Shown: positions 16,372-28,979, counted from the stretch's first letter. The stretch: 64,000 nucleotides of DNA from Patescibacteria group bacterium UBA3531 (GCA_002376885.1 DFOW01000001.1:79381-143380), one strand, 5' to 3'. Program-made: numbers and translations. Notes: a model not told the origin generated them from the letters alone.

Positions 16372-19107
16372 TTACTTCTCAAATACCTCCCTCATCTTTG
16401 CTCTAGTTTGTGGTCCTGCATACCCATAAGCAGGGTGGTCTGGTCCTGCAATGGTGTGGCGAATCTGGAACCGTTCTACAGCTTTGGTAGTAAGTGTTCC
16501 ATAGTAGCCAGTGATTAATCCTTCAGGGTAGATAGTAGGGTCCTGAGCGAGTATTTGTTGGAGTAATCTGTTTTGTGGCGTGGTTTGGTTCACCTGGAAA
16601 GGCCCTGTGAGTTGTGAGACATCAATTGCATAGGTGGTTTGTTGTGATTGGTTTCCTTCTAAAATACGTCGTACAGTCTCAAGAGTGATTTGATCTACAT
16701 TAAAAGAGGTGAGAAGCGTAATAATGGAGGTGATTTGAGAGTTTGAGAGGCTGCTTCCTGTGCTTGGTTGAGTTGGAGTGATTGGAGTACTGCCCGTATT
16801 TTGTGAGAAACTTGGGGGGAGAACAGCAACAGAGCCGGTGGATGAAGAGGATGAGGACCCAGAAGCGGCGGCAGCTTGGGACGCTGAATGAGTAACCGTT
16901 GCCGTATCGGTCGAGATATCGATTGATTCTTTTGAATCAATGAACGTTAATGTAAGAGTATCATTCCCACCAATGGGGAAATCAAGTGTACCGTCTCCTG
17001 TTGTCACGCTTCCTGTCGCAAGCGTAATGGTTCCAGTAAAGACACCTGTTGCATTGCCAGTTTCAGTTAAGGTAACAGTTTCTGTATCAGTTGCAATAGT
17101 GGTGGTGGCCACAATACTATCGGTCGAAGTGGCACTAATATTCGCGTCGTAGTCAGTAACCGTAAGGGTAACCGTATCCCCTGTTTCGTAAGAGGTTGCA
17201 TCAAGTGCCGCAGATGAAGAAGCACTAATGTAACCCGTTGCTTCGTTCAGATAACCAGCACTATTGGTAAAGGTTCCTGTAACAGTGGTCACCCCTTCTG
17301 TCACAAACGAGGCTGCCCCTCCTAGAGTTAAATTATTGTATTGAGTAGCTTCAATAGTGGTTTGAGTTGAGGTTGCCTTGTAGTTAACAGTACCTGTTCC
17401 TGGAGTGAAAGTTCCGTTTACAGTCAGGGGAGTTGAGCTTCCAGTGGCATCAGTAAGGTACAGCGTATTGGAACCAAGGGCCAAGGTTTCTCCACTTCCC
17501 ACCACGATACCAGAACTTGTTGCATTTGATCCCAAAGTGAAGGTTGCAGCAGCTGAGGATGAGGCAATAGTAAATTCTCCTAGGTTGAACACCCCAGAGT
17601 TATCTGTATAGGTAGTAGTACCATCAAAAGTAAGTGATTCATTTGTTCGGGTCCAAGCCCCATTTAGTCCCACGGTAAAGTCTCCCCCTATCGTGAGGGT
17701 CGCATCGTTGGTATCAATATCCAAATCCCCGTCAGTTAGTGTAAGGTCATTATCGACATCAACATTGTTGGTAAATATCACATCGTCATTCCCTGTTGAG
17801 CCAGTATGATTTACCACAAGATCGTAGAAAGAGTTTCCTGCAACCATATCAATTGTTTGATCAGTTGAAGTTGCAACCAGGTTTACTGTTGACGTTCCAA
17901 AACTAAATGTTGCTGTTTCAGCCCCGTTTACCATGTCGATATCGCCAGAAAAATTCACTGTATTACCATTATGTACTTGTATAGCTGCTGACTCCCCATT
18001 ATTTTCATACGCAGTAAAATCGTGAAAAGACGCGGTACTGTTTCCTGTGACATCAATACGAGAGGGATAATATACAACATTTACCCCAAGTAGGTCTTCT
18101 CCTAGTTGGGTGGTTCCATACTGAACATCAAGATCATAACCCGCAGTAGTTAAGGTGGAAACATTTGTATCGTGGTTGCCGTAAAACCTAAAGCCAGTTG
18201 ATGTTGCTGTGATATCACCAGTAAGAGTTAGCGTCATAGCACCCCCAGCATTGTCTGCTCTTCCGATATCAATGCCATTTGCTGTGAAAGGAGGTATGTT
18301 GTGAGTAGTTCCTAGGGCAGTAAATTGAATCCTTGTAACCGGCGTAAGAGCAACTCCGTTTCTCAAAACTACAGGTGTGGTGTTAATACTTGAGCTAGGA
18401 AATGATAGTGAGTCGTTCCCCAAAAAACCAATAAATGGTGCTCCATTCAAAACAAGCTGGTGATTAATACTAATAGGAGTAGAATAAGCAATCGACCAAA
18501 AGGAAGTCTGAATGTGCACCAACTTATAAAAAACTAGTGTTGAGTTATCGGTTGTAGTAACAAAATGCCCAGTAAGTCCATCAAAAACATATGTTGCTGT
18601 CTCTGGCTGAATTCCTTGCAAGGAGGATGTAACAGTACTCCCCAAGCGTCCAAAAATAGTTGTTGTTCCTGTTCCTGGATAATATCTTCCTCGAGAGTTG
18701 GCATTAAGGAACCCGGCCTCTGTAAATCCCTCTGAGTTGGTGATCGTAACATTTGCTCCATCGTTTATGTCAACCGTATGGATCCTACTATTACATGTTG
18801 AAGTGGTTGAACCAACTTGGAGTCTCCCCAGTGTGATACTTGTTGTGGCCGTAACTGTAATATTTCCACTTGCAGAAGTGTTACAAATATCTACATTGTA
18901 CTCTGCACCATCTGGAAAAGCGCCACAACTCCAGTTACTAACTGAGTCAAACCATCCTCCACTTCCATCTTTTATCCAATTACATTTTGTTTCGGCGGCA
19001 TACACAAATGTACCACCCAAAAAAGAGAGTCCCATAAAGAGCAAAGACAGAAACAATGCAAAAAAGGGAAAGTTTTTTAAATTTTTTTTACTAAAAAATT
19101 TTTTCAT
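16372..19107 (-). CDS. Giant secreted surface protein, paralog 3. Cys/Trp-motif N-terminal head, beta-helix-like Thr-rich region, and a diverged copy of the shared C-terminal module with putative peptidoglycan-binding domain.
   Basis: Signal peptide/TM at the N-terminus. CNWIKDGSGGWFDSVSNWSCGAFP motif. TSTDQTID...NNVDVDNDLTLTDGDLDIDTN block and C-terminal ITSIITLLTSFNVDQ...YPEGLITGYYG...YGYAGP, each aligning with the other two giants. Confidence 0.8.
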   Translation of the reverse strand: MKKFFSKKNLKNFPFFALFLSLLFMGLSFLGGTFVYAAETKCNWIKDGSGGWFDSVSNWSCGAFPDGAEYNVDICNTSASGNITVTATTSITLGRLQVGSTTSTCNSRIHTVDINDGANVTITNSEGFTEAGFLNANSRGRYYPGTGTTTIFGRLGSTVTSSLQGIQPETATYVFDGLTGHFVTTTDNSTLVFYKLVHIQTSFWSIAYSTPISINHQLVLNGAPFIGFLGNDSLSFPSSSINTTPVVLRNGVALTPVTRIQFTALGTTHNIPPFTANGIDIGRADNAGGAMTLTLTGDITATSTGFRFYGNHDTNVSTLTTAGYDLDVQYGTTQLGEDLLGVNVVYYPSRIDVTGNSTASFHDFTAYENNGESAAIQVHNGNTVNFSGDIDMVNGAETATFSFGTSTVNLVATSTDQTIDMVAGNSFYDLVVNHTGSTGNDDVIFTNNVDVDNDLTLTDGDLDIDTNDATLTIGGDFTVGLNGAWTRTNESLTFDGTTTYTDNSGVFNLGEFTIASSSAAATFTLGSNATSSGIVVGSGETLALGSNTLYLTDATGSSTPLTVNGTFTPGTGTVNYKATSTQTTIEATQYNNLTLGGAASFVTEGVTTVTGTFTNSAGYLNEATGYISASSSAALDATSYETGDTVTLTVTDYDANISATSTDSIVATTTIATDTETVTLTETGNATGVFTGTITLATGSVTTGDGTLDFPIGGNDTLTLTFIDSKESIDISTDTATVTHSASQAAAASGSSSSSSTGSVAVLPPSFSQNTGSTPITPTQPSTGSSLSNSQITSIITLLTSFNVDQITLETVRRILEGNQSQQTTYAIDVSQLTGPFQVNQTTPQNRLLQQILAQDPTIYPEGLITGYYGTLTTKAVERFQIRHTIAGPDHPAYGYAGPQTRAKMREVFEK

Positions 19108-19278
19108 AATACAAATAACCTCGCCAGCAAATGCGGTTTTACACGAGTACTTTAATTATACAAAAAAACATCCCTTAAAATAGGAGTTTTCTACAGTTTG
19201 ACACTTATAGGCTTTTATTATTTATTTTAGTTTTGAGATACAAAATCACCTTTCCAAATACTGTGCCCTCTTTTGCCT

Positions 19279-20496
19279 TTACAAAAAAGATTTTGCTCGT
19301 TTTTGCTTATGGTAAGCAATGGCGTAGCGGTGAGTGTCGGCATTGAGTGCCACAATATCATCTTTGTGTTTTGTGATGATTGACTTGAGACCCAATAATT
19401 TTGTAGCCTTGTGTCTAGCATCTTTTACCACGCCAACCACAGGAATTTTATAGTTGAGCTCTTCTAAAACATCTTTTGCCACGTTTACTTGTGCTGTTCC
19501 TCCATCTATCACAAGAATGTTTGGCTTTTGCCACTCGTCATGACGAAAACGTCTGTCCAACACCTCACGCAGGTTTCCCGTGTCGTCAATCCCTTTTCCA
19601 CTTTTTATTTTAAATTTTCTATATTCTTGTTTAGCTAAATTTCCTCCCTCCATAACAGCCATGACACCCACCACGTCACTCCCTGCCATGTGCGCAATGT
19701 CATAACTTTCAATACGAAGACCAATATTTGTTCTGTCATGAGTCCGTCCATCTTTTTTAAGGAGCGCGACATCGTGAATGTGTTCGAGTGAAAAAATTCG
19801 ATTTCGTATAATTGCCGCCTTCTCAAACTCTTTTTTAGAAACGTATCCCTTCATTTCTTGTTTTAAGTTTTTAAGAACCTCTTTCTTCTTACCAGTAAAA
19901 AAGAGACTGATATTTTTTACCAGTTCACTATATTCTTTTTTTGAAATCTCCCCCATGCATACTCCTGGACACAATCCAATTTGAGCATTAAAACAAGGTT
20001 TTTTTTGATCAACTTCGCATTTGTCTCGCCATGGAAAAATTTTGCGAACAATACGCATTGCTTCTTTTAATTCTCCCCCTCGTGTAAAAGGACCGAATGT
20101 TTTTTTGTATTGCTCATGTGATTCACGCAACTCTTTACCACGAACAAGAACAACTCGTGGATAATCCTCTTTGGTTATTGCCACATAGTTATAGCTTTTA
20201 TCGTCCTTTTCTTTGACGTTATATGGGGGTTTGAATTTTTTTATAAATTCGCTTTCAAGCAAAAGCGCCTCAAGTACAGAATCAGTTTTTACTACTTCTA
20301 CACTATCGGCCTCCTCTACCATCTGCACAATCCGGGGCCCACGACTCTCTACCACATCTTTATTAAAATAACTCTTTACACGATCAGAAAGACTGGTTGC
20401 CTTACCAACATAGAGTGGAGTTTTTACTCGCTTTTTTTTAAAGAGATAAATCCCCGGCTCAGCAGGTATTTTTTTAGATACATCTTTCTTTTTCAT
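19279..20496 (-). CDS. uvrC: Excinuclease ABC subunit C, short form lacking the C-terminal (HhH)2 domain
   Basis: GIY-YIG (PGIYLFKK...LYVGKATSLSDRVKSYF), UVR domain (EFEKAAIIRNRIFSLEHI), endonuclease V-like region (ESYDIAHMAGSDVVGVMAV). Only 405 aa. Confidence 0.85.
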   Translation of the reverse strand: MKKKDVSKKIPAEPGIYLFKKKRVKTPLYVGKATSLSDRVKSYFNKDVVESRGPRIVQMVEEADSVEVVKTDSVLEALLLESEFIKKFKPPYNVKEKDDKSYNYVAITKEDYPRVVLVRGKELRESHEQYKKTFGPFTRGGELKEAMRIVRKIFPWRDKCEVDQKKPCFNAQIGLCPGVCMGEISKKEYSELVKNISLFFTGKKKEVLKNLKQEMKGYVSKKEFEKAAIIRNRIFSLEHIHDVALLKKDGRTHDRTNIGLRIESYDIAHMAGSDVVGVMAVMEGGNLAKQEYRKFKIKSGKGIDDTGNLREVLDRRFRHDEWQKPNILVIDGGTAQVNVAKDVLEELNYKIPVVGVVKDARHKATKLLGLKSIITKHKDDIVALNADTHRYAIAYHKQKRAKSFL

Positions 20497-20557
20497 AGAC
20501 CTATGATACTATACGCGAAGACTTGAGCTCACAACCCCTTACAAGAAGGAAGAAATC

Positions 20558-20953
20558 ATGAGCGAACCCGATGGAAAAGTTCAATTGCCACCCTCTCCAC
20601 CTCTCGACTTGCACCTGCTCATTAGCAGTGTGCTCATGCAGGAAGCGGAAGAACTCCTGGAGGAGCTCGGCATCGTAGAGAAGCTCGAACCCTTCATTGC
20701 GAGCGCCCTCGAGTCGATCGAACGATCTCGACAGGCAGAGATCGCAAATACCAGGGAGAAGCTCGGGCCGTTCTTCAAGATCGACACGGAAGTTCCGGAG
20801 CCGGTGCGGGGAGTTTCTCCTCCTCCTGCACACCTGCTCGAGAAGATGGGGGGACTTCGGAAGCCCGCCCTCGAGCGACTCGGCGAGCTTCTCGGTCGTG
20901 CACTCAAGCACAGGATCGATGCACGCTACCGAACGATCGGAAGCACTGCCTAG
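20558..20953 (+). CDS. Hypothetical protein in a high-GC patch between uvrC and uvrA
   Basis: 131-aa ORF with G/C-biased third positions, acidic helical sequence, followed by a GC-rich terminator. Confidence 0.45.
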   Translation: MSEPDGKVQLPPSPPLDLHLLISSVLMQEAEELLEELGIVEKLEPFIASALESIERSRQAEIANTREKLGPFFKIDTEVPEPVRGVSPPPAHLLEKMGGLRKPALERLGELLGRALKHRIDARYRTIGSTA

Positions 20954-20960
20954 AAGGGCT

Positions 20961-20995
20961 CACGGCCGGAGGAAACTCCGGCCGTGCTCTATTTA
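20961..20995. terminator. Intrinsic terminator cacggccggag-gaaa-ctccggccgtg plus T-rich tail (bidirectional; uvrA converges on it)
   Basis: Perfect 11-bp stem and GAAA tetraloop read directly. Confidence 0.65.
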
Positions 20996-23541
20996 AGATA
21001 TTTCTTCAAATATTTCCCGGTAATAGATTTTGGATTGTTGGCAACTTCTTCTGGGGTCCCTTTTGCCACAAGCTTTCCACCATTAACTCCCCCTTCAGGG
21101 CCAAGATCAATTAAGTAGTCGGAACTCTTAATAATTTCCATATTGTGTTCGATCAAGACGACCGTGTTTCCCCGTTCAATTAATTTTTGCAAAATAGTAA
21201 GGAGGTTTTTTACATCTTCATAATGAAGCCCAATCGTTGGTTCATCAAGTAAGTACACAGTCTTTTCAGTAAACGGACGGTACAATTCTTTTGAGATTTT
21301 TACCCGTTGTGCTTCCCCACCAGAGAGCGTTGTAGCGCTCTGTCCTAATTCTAAATATCCAAGACCAACATCGTTCAAGGTTTTCAAACGATCATAAATT
21401 GCAGGGATTTCTTCAAAAAACGTCATTCCCTCTTCGATCGTCATGGTGAGCACTTCATAAATATTTTTATGTTTGTACTTAACTTCGAGCGTTTCTTTTT
21501 GGAAGCGCTTACCCATACAGACATCGCAGGTTACATAGACAGTCGGTAAAAATTGCATTTCAACTCCTACTTCTCCATTACCTTGGCAGGCTTCGCATCG
21601 TCCGCCTTTGACATTAAAGCTAAAACGTCCAGGACCCCATCCACGGAACCGCGCCTCTTCCGTCGTTGCAAACAAATCTCTAATATGACTCCATGCGCCA
21701 GTGTAGGTTGCTGGATTTGAACGAGGGGTTCTTCCAATAGGACTTTGATCAATCAAAATAGTTCGATGAGCATACTCTGTCCCGGTAAAGTTTTTACAAT
21801 TGAAAACTTCGTTGCTCCTAAACTTTCTGTCGAGTCGTGCACGCAAGTTTCTGTGTAAAATGTCGTACAAAAAACTTGATTTACCAGAACCGGACATTCC
21901 GGTAACGGTAACCATTCGCCCAAGAGGAACCTCCACATTGAGATTTTGAATATTGTGGATCTTGCCTCCGCTTACTTTAAGTGAACCCTTATTTTTGTTG
22001 CGTCTTTTTTCTGGAATCTCTACCTCTTCTTCTCCTCGTAAATACTTAAGGGTAAGCGAATTATTTTTTGGAGTTTTTGCCGTCAAAAGTTTTTCCGTGT
22101 AGTCGGCTACTACAATATCACCGCCATGCACTCCCGCACCAGGACCAATATCGACTAGATAGTCAGAAGCAAAAATAGTGTCTTCATCGTGCTCTACCAC
22201 CAAAATAGTATTGCCAAGCTCACGCAAATCTTTGAGCGTTTTAATAAGTCTGTCATTGTCTTTTTGATGGAGGCCAATCGTTGGTTCATCTAATACATAC
22301 AAGGCACCTACCAATCGTGAGCCTAGTTGCGATGCCAACCTAATACGCTGTGCCTCTCCACCAGAGAGGGTATTTGCTTTTCTATTTAACCCCAAGTAAT
22401 CAAGTCCGACATCAAACATAAACTTGAGCCGCGCCTCAATCTCTTTTGTTACTACGTTCGAAATTTCTTTTTCTTTTTTGGTAAGTTTGAGCTTTTCGAA
22501 AAACGTACGTCCATCTTTAATGGTAAGCCCCGTAACTTCAACAATATTTTTACCACCAATAAGAACGTTTAACGCCTCTTTACGTAATCGCGCACCATTA
22601 CATTCTTCACACACCTCGTTTCCAAAAAAGTGTTTTGTTCCGAGTCCGTGGCAAGCCTCACACGCACCATACGGTGAGTTGAATGAAAAGAGTCGTGGCT
22701 CAATCTCAATAAACGAGAATCCGTCTTTTGGACACGTATAACTTGAAGACATTAAAAATTCGTCCTTCTTTTTCCCTTCTTTGATAATTACTTTTACAAC
22801 ACCGTGCGCTTCTTCAAGCGCTCGTTCAATGTCCTCTGAAAGACGTTCGGTAAATGCTTTTTTATCCCTGTCTGACGACGAGGCAGGTTCAGTTTCTTCT
22901 TTGGTAAACTCATCTACTACAACTTCAATGTCATGTTTTTTTGTTTTGGTAAGGATGATCTGCTCTCGTAATTGCTTACGTTTTCCATCAACGATAACAT
23001 CGGCAAATCCTTTCCCTAAAAGATCATAAAGTAATTGATAGTGTTCACCCTTTCGTCCACGAACCACAGGAGCCGAAATAATGATTTTTGCTTTTTTGGT
23101 AGTTTTACCAATTTTTAGAAGTGTTAAGTTAATGATTTCTTCGTTTGAGAGTTTTTGGATTTCGTCACCACACACCAAACAATGGGGCTTGCCCACTCGG
23201 GCAAAAAGAACCCGTAAGTAATCGTAGATTTCGGTAATGGTTGCCACGGTTGATCGTGGATTGTTTGACCGAGACTTTTGATCGATAGAGATTGCAGGAG
23301 AAAGCCCACTAATTTCATCAATGTCTGGTTTTTGCATTTGTCGCAAAAATTGCCGCGCGTATGCCGAAAGCGACTCAACATAACGCCGTTGCCCTTCGGC
23401 AAAAATGGTATCAAATGCCAAACTCGATTTACCTGAACCTGAAAGTCCAGTAAACACAATCATCTTATTGCGCGGTATCTCAAGGCTGATATTTTTTAAA
23501 TTATGCGTTCGCGCTCCTTTTACTTTAATCTTATCTTCCAT
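20989..23541 (-). CDS. uvrA: Excinuclease ABC subunit A
   Basis: Two ABC ATPase modules (GLSGSGKSSLAFDTIFAEGQRRYVESLSAYARQF; second Walker A GMSGSGKSS), zinc-finger cysteines, LSGGE signature motifs. Confidence 0.9.
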   Translation of the reverse strand: MEDKIKVKGARTHNLKNISLEIPRNKMIVFTGLSGSGKSSLAFDTIFAEGQRRYVESLSAYARQFLRQMQKPDIDEISGLSPAISIDQKSRSNNPRSTVATITEIYDYLRVLFARVGKPHCLVCGDEIQKLSNEEIINLTLLKIGKTTKKAKIIISAPVVRGRKGEHYQLLYDLLGKGFADVIVDGKRKQLREQIILTKTKKHDIEVVVDEFTKEETEPASSSDRDKKAFTERLSEDIERALEEAHGVVKVIIKEGKKKDEFLMSSSYTCPKDGFSFIEIEPRLFSFNSPYGACEACHGLGTKHFFGNEVCEECNGARLRKEALNVLIGGKNIVEVTGLTIKDGRTFFEKLKLTKKEKEISNVVTKEIEARLKFMFDVGLDYLGLNRKANTLSGGEAQRIRLASQLGSRLVGALYVLDEPTIGLHQKDNDRLIKTLKDLRELGNTILVVEHDEDTIFASDYLVDIGPGAGVHGGDIVVADYTEKLLTAKTPKNNSLTLKYLRGEEEVEIPEKRRNKNKGSLKVSGGKIHNIQNLNVEVPLGRMVTVTGMSGSGKSSFLYDILHRNLRARLDRKFRSNEVFNCKNFTGTEYAHRTILIDQSPIGRTPRSNPATYTGAWSHIRDLFATTEEARFRGWGPGRFSFNVKGGRCEACQGNGEVGVEMQFLPTVYVTCDVCMGKRFQKETLEVKYKHKNIYEVLTMTIEEGMTFFEEIPAIYDRLKTLNDVGLGYLELGQSATTLSGGEAQRVKISKELYRPFTEKTVYLLDEPTIGLHYEDVKNLLTILQKLIERGNTVVLIEHNMEIIKSSDYLIDLGPEGGVNGGKLVAKGTPEEVANNPKSITGKYLKKYLK

Positions 23542-23693
23542 ATTCCATTTTTAAGATTGCCTGTCCCGTAGCTTTTGTTAAAGACAGAGTGGTACCGGGA
23601 TGGGTCCGTGCTCCTTTTACGATAATTTCTTCTTCCATAATTAATTGACGAGGGTGTAATTTTGTGTTAAATATTTCTTCGGAGGTGCGTGCC

Positions 23694-23936
23694 ATGTCTT
23701 ATTCGGGTGTTTGCGAAGTTTGCGAGACATGGCGCCCAAGTGGTGTACATCGTTCTCGAAAAACAGGTAAGTTGGTCGGCAGGTGCTGCTACCGGAAGAG
23801 TCACACGGAAGTCTGTTCCATCTGCGAGAAGCTGAAGCCGGTGGCCAAGCGGACCGAAGATGGAAAGTCGGTGTGTCCCAACTGCTACCAACGAGAACGC
23901 CGTAAGAAAAAAAGGAGGGCAACAATGGGCGCCTAA
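23694..23936 (+). CDS. Small Cys-rich double zinc-ribbon protein with a basic tail (higher-GC patch)
   Basis: MSYSGVCEVCETW...RCCYRKSH...CSICEKL...CPNCYQRERRKKKRR. GGAGG RBS eight nt upstream of this ATG. The tracked ORF begins at an upstream in-frame ATG at 23664 (MLNISSEVRA...) and my call starts at the 11th codon. Confidence 0.45.
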   Translation: MSYSGVCEVCETWRPSGVHRSRKTGKLVGRCCYRKSHTEVCSICEKLKPVAKRTEDGKSVCPNCYQRERRKKKRRATMGA

Positions 23937-24010
23937 TAACTTCATAAGAAGTTTTAGGCGCTCTGTTAATTTTCATATAATTTAAAATCATAGTCTGGAT
24001 ACCTACGTTG

Positions 24011-25036
24011 TTAAAAATTAGTGAGCGGAGTAAAGGCTGTCCGAGCAATATTTATATCCAAAATTCGGGCAAGTGATTCTAACTGTCCCAATTGAACAAA
24101 CGTTGAGACACCAAGCAAACAATTATCTTCGAGTAACACTACAATTCCACCGCTGTTACCCTTTTCAATCTTTGCTGAGGTAATAAAGTAATCGCTTTCA
24201 AAGCCAGAGATTATTCCATCAGTTGCCGTAATATCTCCTACCGAACCAATAACCGGATAGCCAATACTAATTACTTCATCTCCAATTGAGGGCCGTGCAC
24301 TACAAAATCGGCGCGTATCGGTTGCAACATTCCGTATATAGCTATCAGGTTGGACAATTTTTAAACGTCCTAAGTCAAAATTCCCCACCGTTCCTTCAAT
24401 GGCATTATCTTCTGATACGGCTACATAGGTCCCAGACCCATCAGGGAATTCAATCGTACAATCACGTGCAACAAAGTTCCCGCTCACTAATACATGACGA
24501 TTAGTAAGGACAGAATAGTTAGTGACTCCATTTTCATTAAACGCTACCAGCACCCCAGACCCTGTAGAGAATCCGCTATCAAACTGACACCGAATAAGCG
24601 GCGTGCGTGTTCTCCAATCGCTAATAATAGAAACAAGATCAATATTCCCCGACAAACTTGCCTCGAGTTCTGCAATCTTTTGTGCCGAAAGCCCCGCGCT
24701 ATTTTCTAACTCTTCTTCAAGTTCAGATGTTCTGGCTTGGGCATTTTCAAGCTCTTCTGTAAGCCCTGCAACCTTTTCGTTAATGATTCTTTGTGTTGAT
24801 TCTTCAGATGCACTCACCAGCTCCTCTACCCGAACCTCAAGAAGCGCAAGTTCTTGATTAGCCTCCTGGAGCGCTCTACTTTGATTATTAATAAGGCCAG
24901 AGATATGTTGAAATCCAAGGTATCCTAAAATCAATAAAACCACCAAAAAGATCCCTATGATGTGTCCATAGGGTTTGGTGTGATTTGTTTGTTTGTGTGT
25001 TTCAAAATCCATTCTGTAGTTCTCCTTGCCTAACAA
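24011..25036 (-). CDS. Membrane-anchored trypsin-like serine protease with an N-terminal coiled-coil
   Basis: N-terminal TM helix, Glu/Leu-rich coiled region, protease motifs TNRHVL (His), DLGRLK (Asp), GNSGG (Ser). Confidence 0.75.
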   Translation of the reverse strand: MLGKENYRMDFETHKQTNHTKPYGHIIGIFLVVLLILGYLGFQHISGLINNQSRALQEANQELALLEVRVEELVSASEESTQRIINEKVAGLTEELENAQARTSELEEELENSAGLSAQKIAELEASLSGNIDLVSIISDWRTRTPLIRCQFDSGFSTGSGVLVAFNENGVTNYSVLTNRHVLVSGNFVARDCTIEFPDGSGTYVAVSEDNAIEGTVGNFDLGRLKIVQPDSYIRNVATDTRRFCSARPSIGDEVISIGYPVIGSVGDITATDGIISGFESDYFITSAKIEKGNSGGIVVLLEDNCLLGVSTFVQLGQLESLARILDINIARTAFTPLTNF

Positions 25037-25093
25037 AACAGCCCCCGATTCCTTTCTACTGGGGGTATGGGACCATTATAGCACATCCATCAA

Positions 25094-28352
<3,259 letters not shown>

Positions 28353-28368
28353 CTAGCACATGAAATGA

Positions 28369-28398
28369 TTGACAAATCATACATGTATATGATACATT
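28369..28398 (+). promoter_or_regulatory. Sigma70-like promoter TTGACA-N18-TGaTACATT reading into the candidate ncRNA
   Basis: ttgaca at 28369..28374; extended -10 tgatacatt ending at 28398. Confidence 0.5.
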
Positions 28399-28404
28399 GG
28401 TGGT

Positions 28405-28653
28405 GCGAGTTCGGCAGAGACCACATTCCGCGAGGGATGCCGCCGTCTCTGTGGAGGAACAACATCGGGAATACCATCGCTTGATGGCTGAACCGTTGCC
28501 CCACCTACGACGTTGGTTCTAGACCCGGACCGCAGGAGCATAGCGTCCCAAACCTGAAATACGGTTTCGGATTGAAACAAGGCCTTGCGCCAGAGCTAGT
28601 GCTTCGGGCCCCCAATCTGACTGCGGTCGGTGCGGGGGCCTTCTTCTTTTTTT
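28405..28653 (+). ncRNA. Candidate structured ncRNA of unknown class (about 250 nt, GC-rich relative to the genome), ending in an intrinsic terminator
   Basis: Bounded by the promoter above and the hairpin gggccccc...gggggcc (28606..28640) plus ttcttcttttttt. Internal stems ggtgg...ccacc, cagagac...gtctctg, aaacc-tgaaatac-ggttt, gtttc-ggatt-gaaac. Lies in divergent/convergent intergenic space, so it is not a leader for a plus-strand gene. Confidence 0.4.
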
Positions 28654-28683
28654 ACGTAAGGATTTACGTAAATCCTTACGTAA
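28652..28683. repeat. Perfect 32-nt palindrome ttacgtaaggatttacgtaaatccttacgtaa containing three TTACGTAA cores
   Basis: Reverse complement equals itself; begins inside the terminator T-run of the candidate ncRNA. Confidence 0.9.
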
Positions 28684-28693
28684 ACACATTCCC

Positions 28694-28874
28694 CCAAGAA
28701 ACCATATTTGGAAGCGTCCCTAAATAAAACCCTCTTGGAATAATATTTGAAGTACTATCAAACCTGCTTCCCAGCATAACTTTTGAAAGGGTCCTCGATT
28801 TTTTTAAAATACTCCCAAGGAACCACATTTGGGAGCGTCCCTAAATAAAACCCTCCTGGAATAATGTTTGAAGT
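28694..28874. repeat. Two 60-nt direct repeats (28694..28753 and 28815..28874, about 90 percent identical). Each has an internal stem (ccaaga/tcttgg; ctcccaa/ttgggag) and the conserved core agcgtccctaaataaaaccctc.
   Basis: Aligned by eye: ccaagaaaccatatttggaagcgtccctaaataaaaccctcttggaataatatttgaagt versus ccaaggaaccacatttgggagcgtccctaaataaaaccctcctggaataatgtttgaagt. Confidence 0.85.
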
Positions 28875-28979
28875 GTTGCCGCAGGCGAAGTGTGCTTGGT
28901 CTGCCTTAAGCAGACACAAGCCGAGGATAAGGAAATGTTGTCGCTGGAACAACATTTCCGGCGCTTCAAATATTATTCC
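28858..28979. repeat. Long hairpin of about 120 nt (ggaataatgtttgaag ... cttcaaatattattcc) enclosing nested perfect hairpins ggaaatgttgt-cgctgga-acaacatttcc and gtctgc-cttaa-gcagac
   Basis: Arms at 28858..28873 and 28964..28979; inner IR at 28931..28959. Overlaps the second direct repeat and abuts the GH15 stop. Confidence 0.8.

Noticed and set aside
23641-24048. Minus-strand ORF 23641..24048 and 23667..23945
   Set aside because: Antisense to the GGAGG-preceded Cys-rich ribbon gene and overlapping the protease gene start region; no independent support.
28405-28653. Assignment of the candidate ncRNA to RNase P RNA, tmRNA, SRP RNA or 6S RNA
   Set aside because: I could not find the P4 GGAAAGUCCGG-type core, the tmRNA tRNA-like ends or tag ORF, the SRP domain IV GGAA/AGCAGC motif, or a single long 6S-like hairpin. 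Class left unknown pending a covariance-model search.
28694-28874. Possible CRISPR array suggested by direct repeats
   Set aside because: Only two copies, 60 nt long, separated by 121 bp, with internal hairpins and no cas genes nearby. This is not CRISPR architecture.
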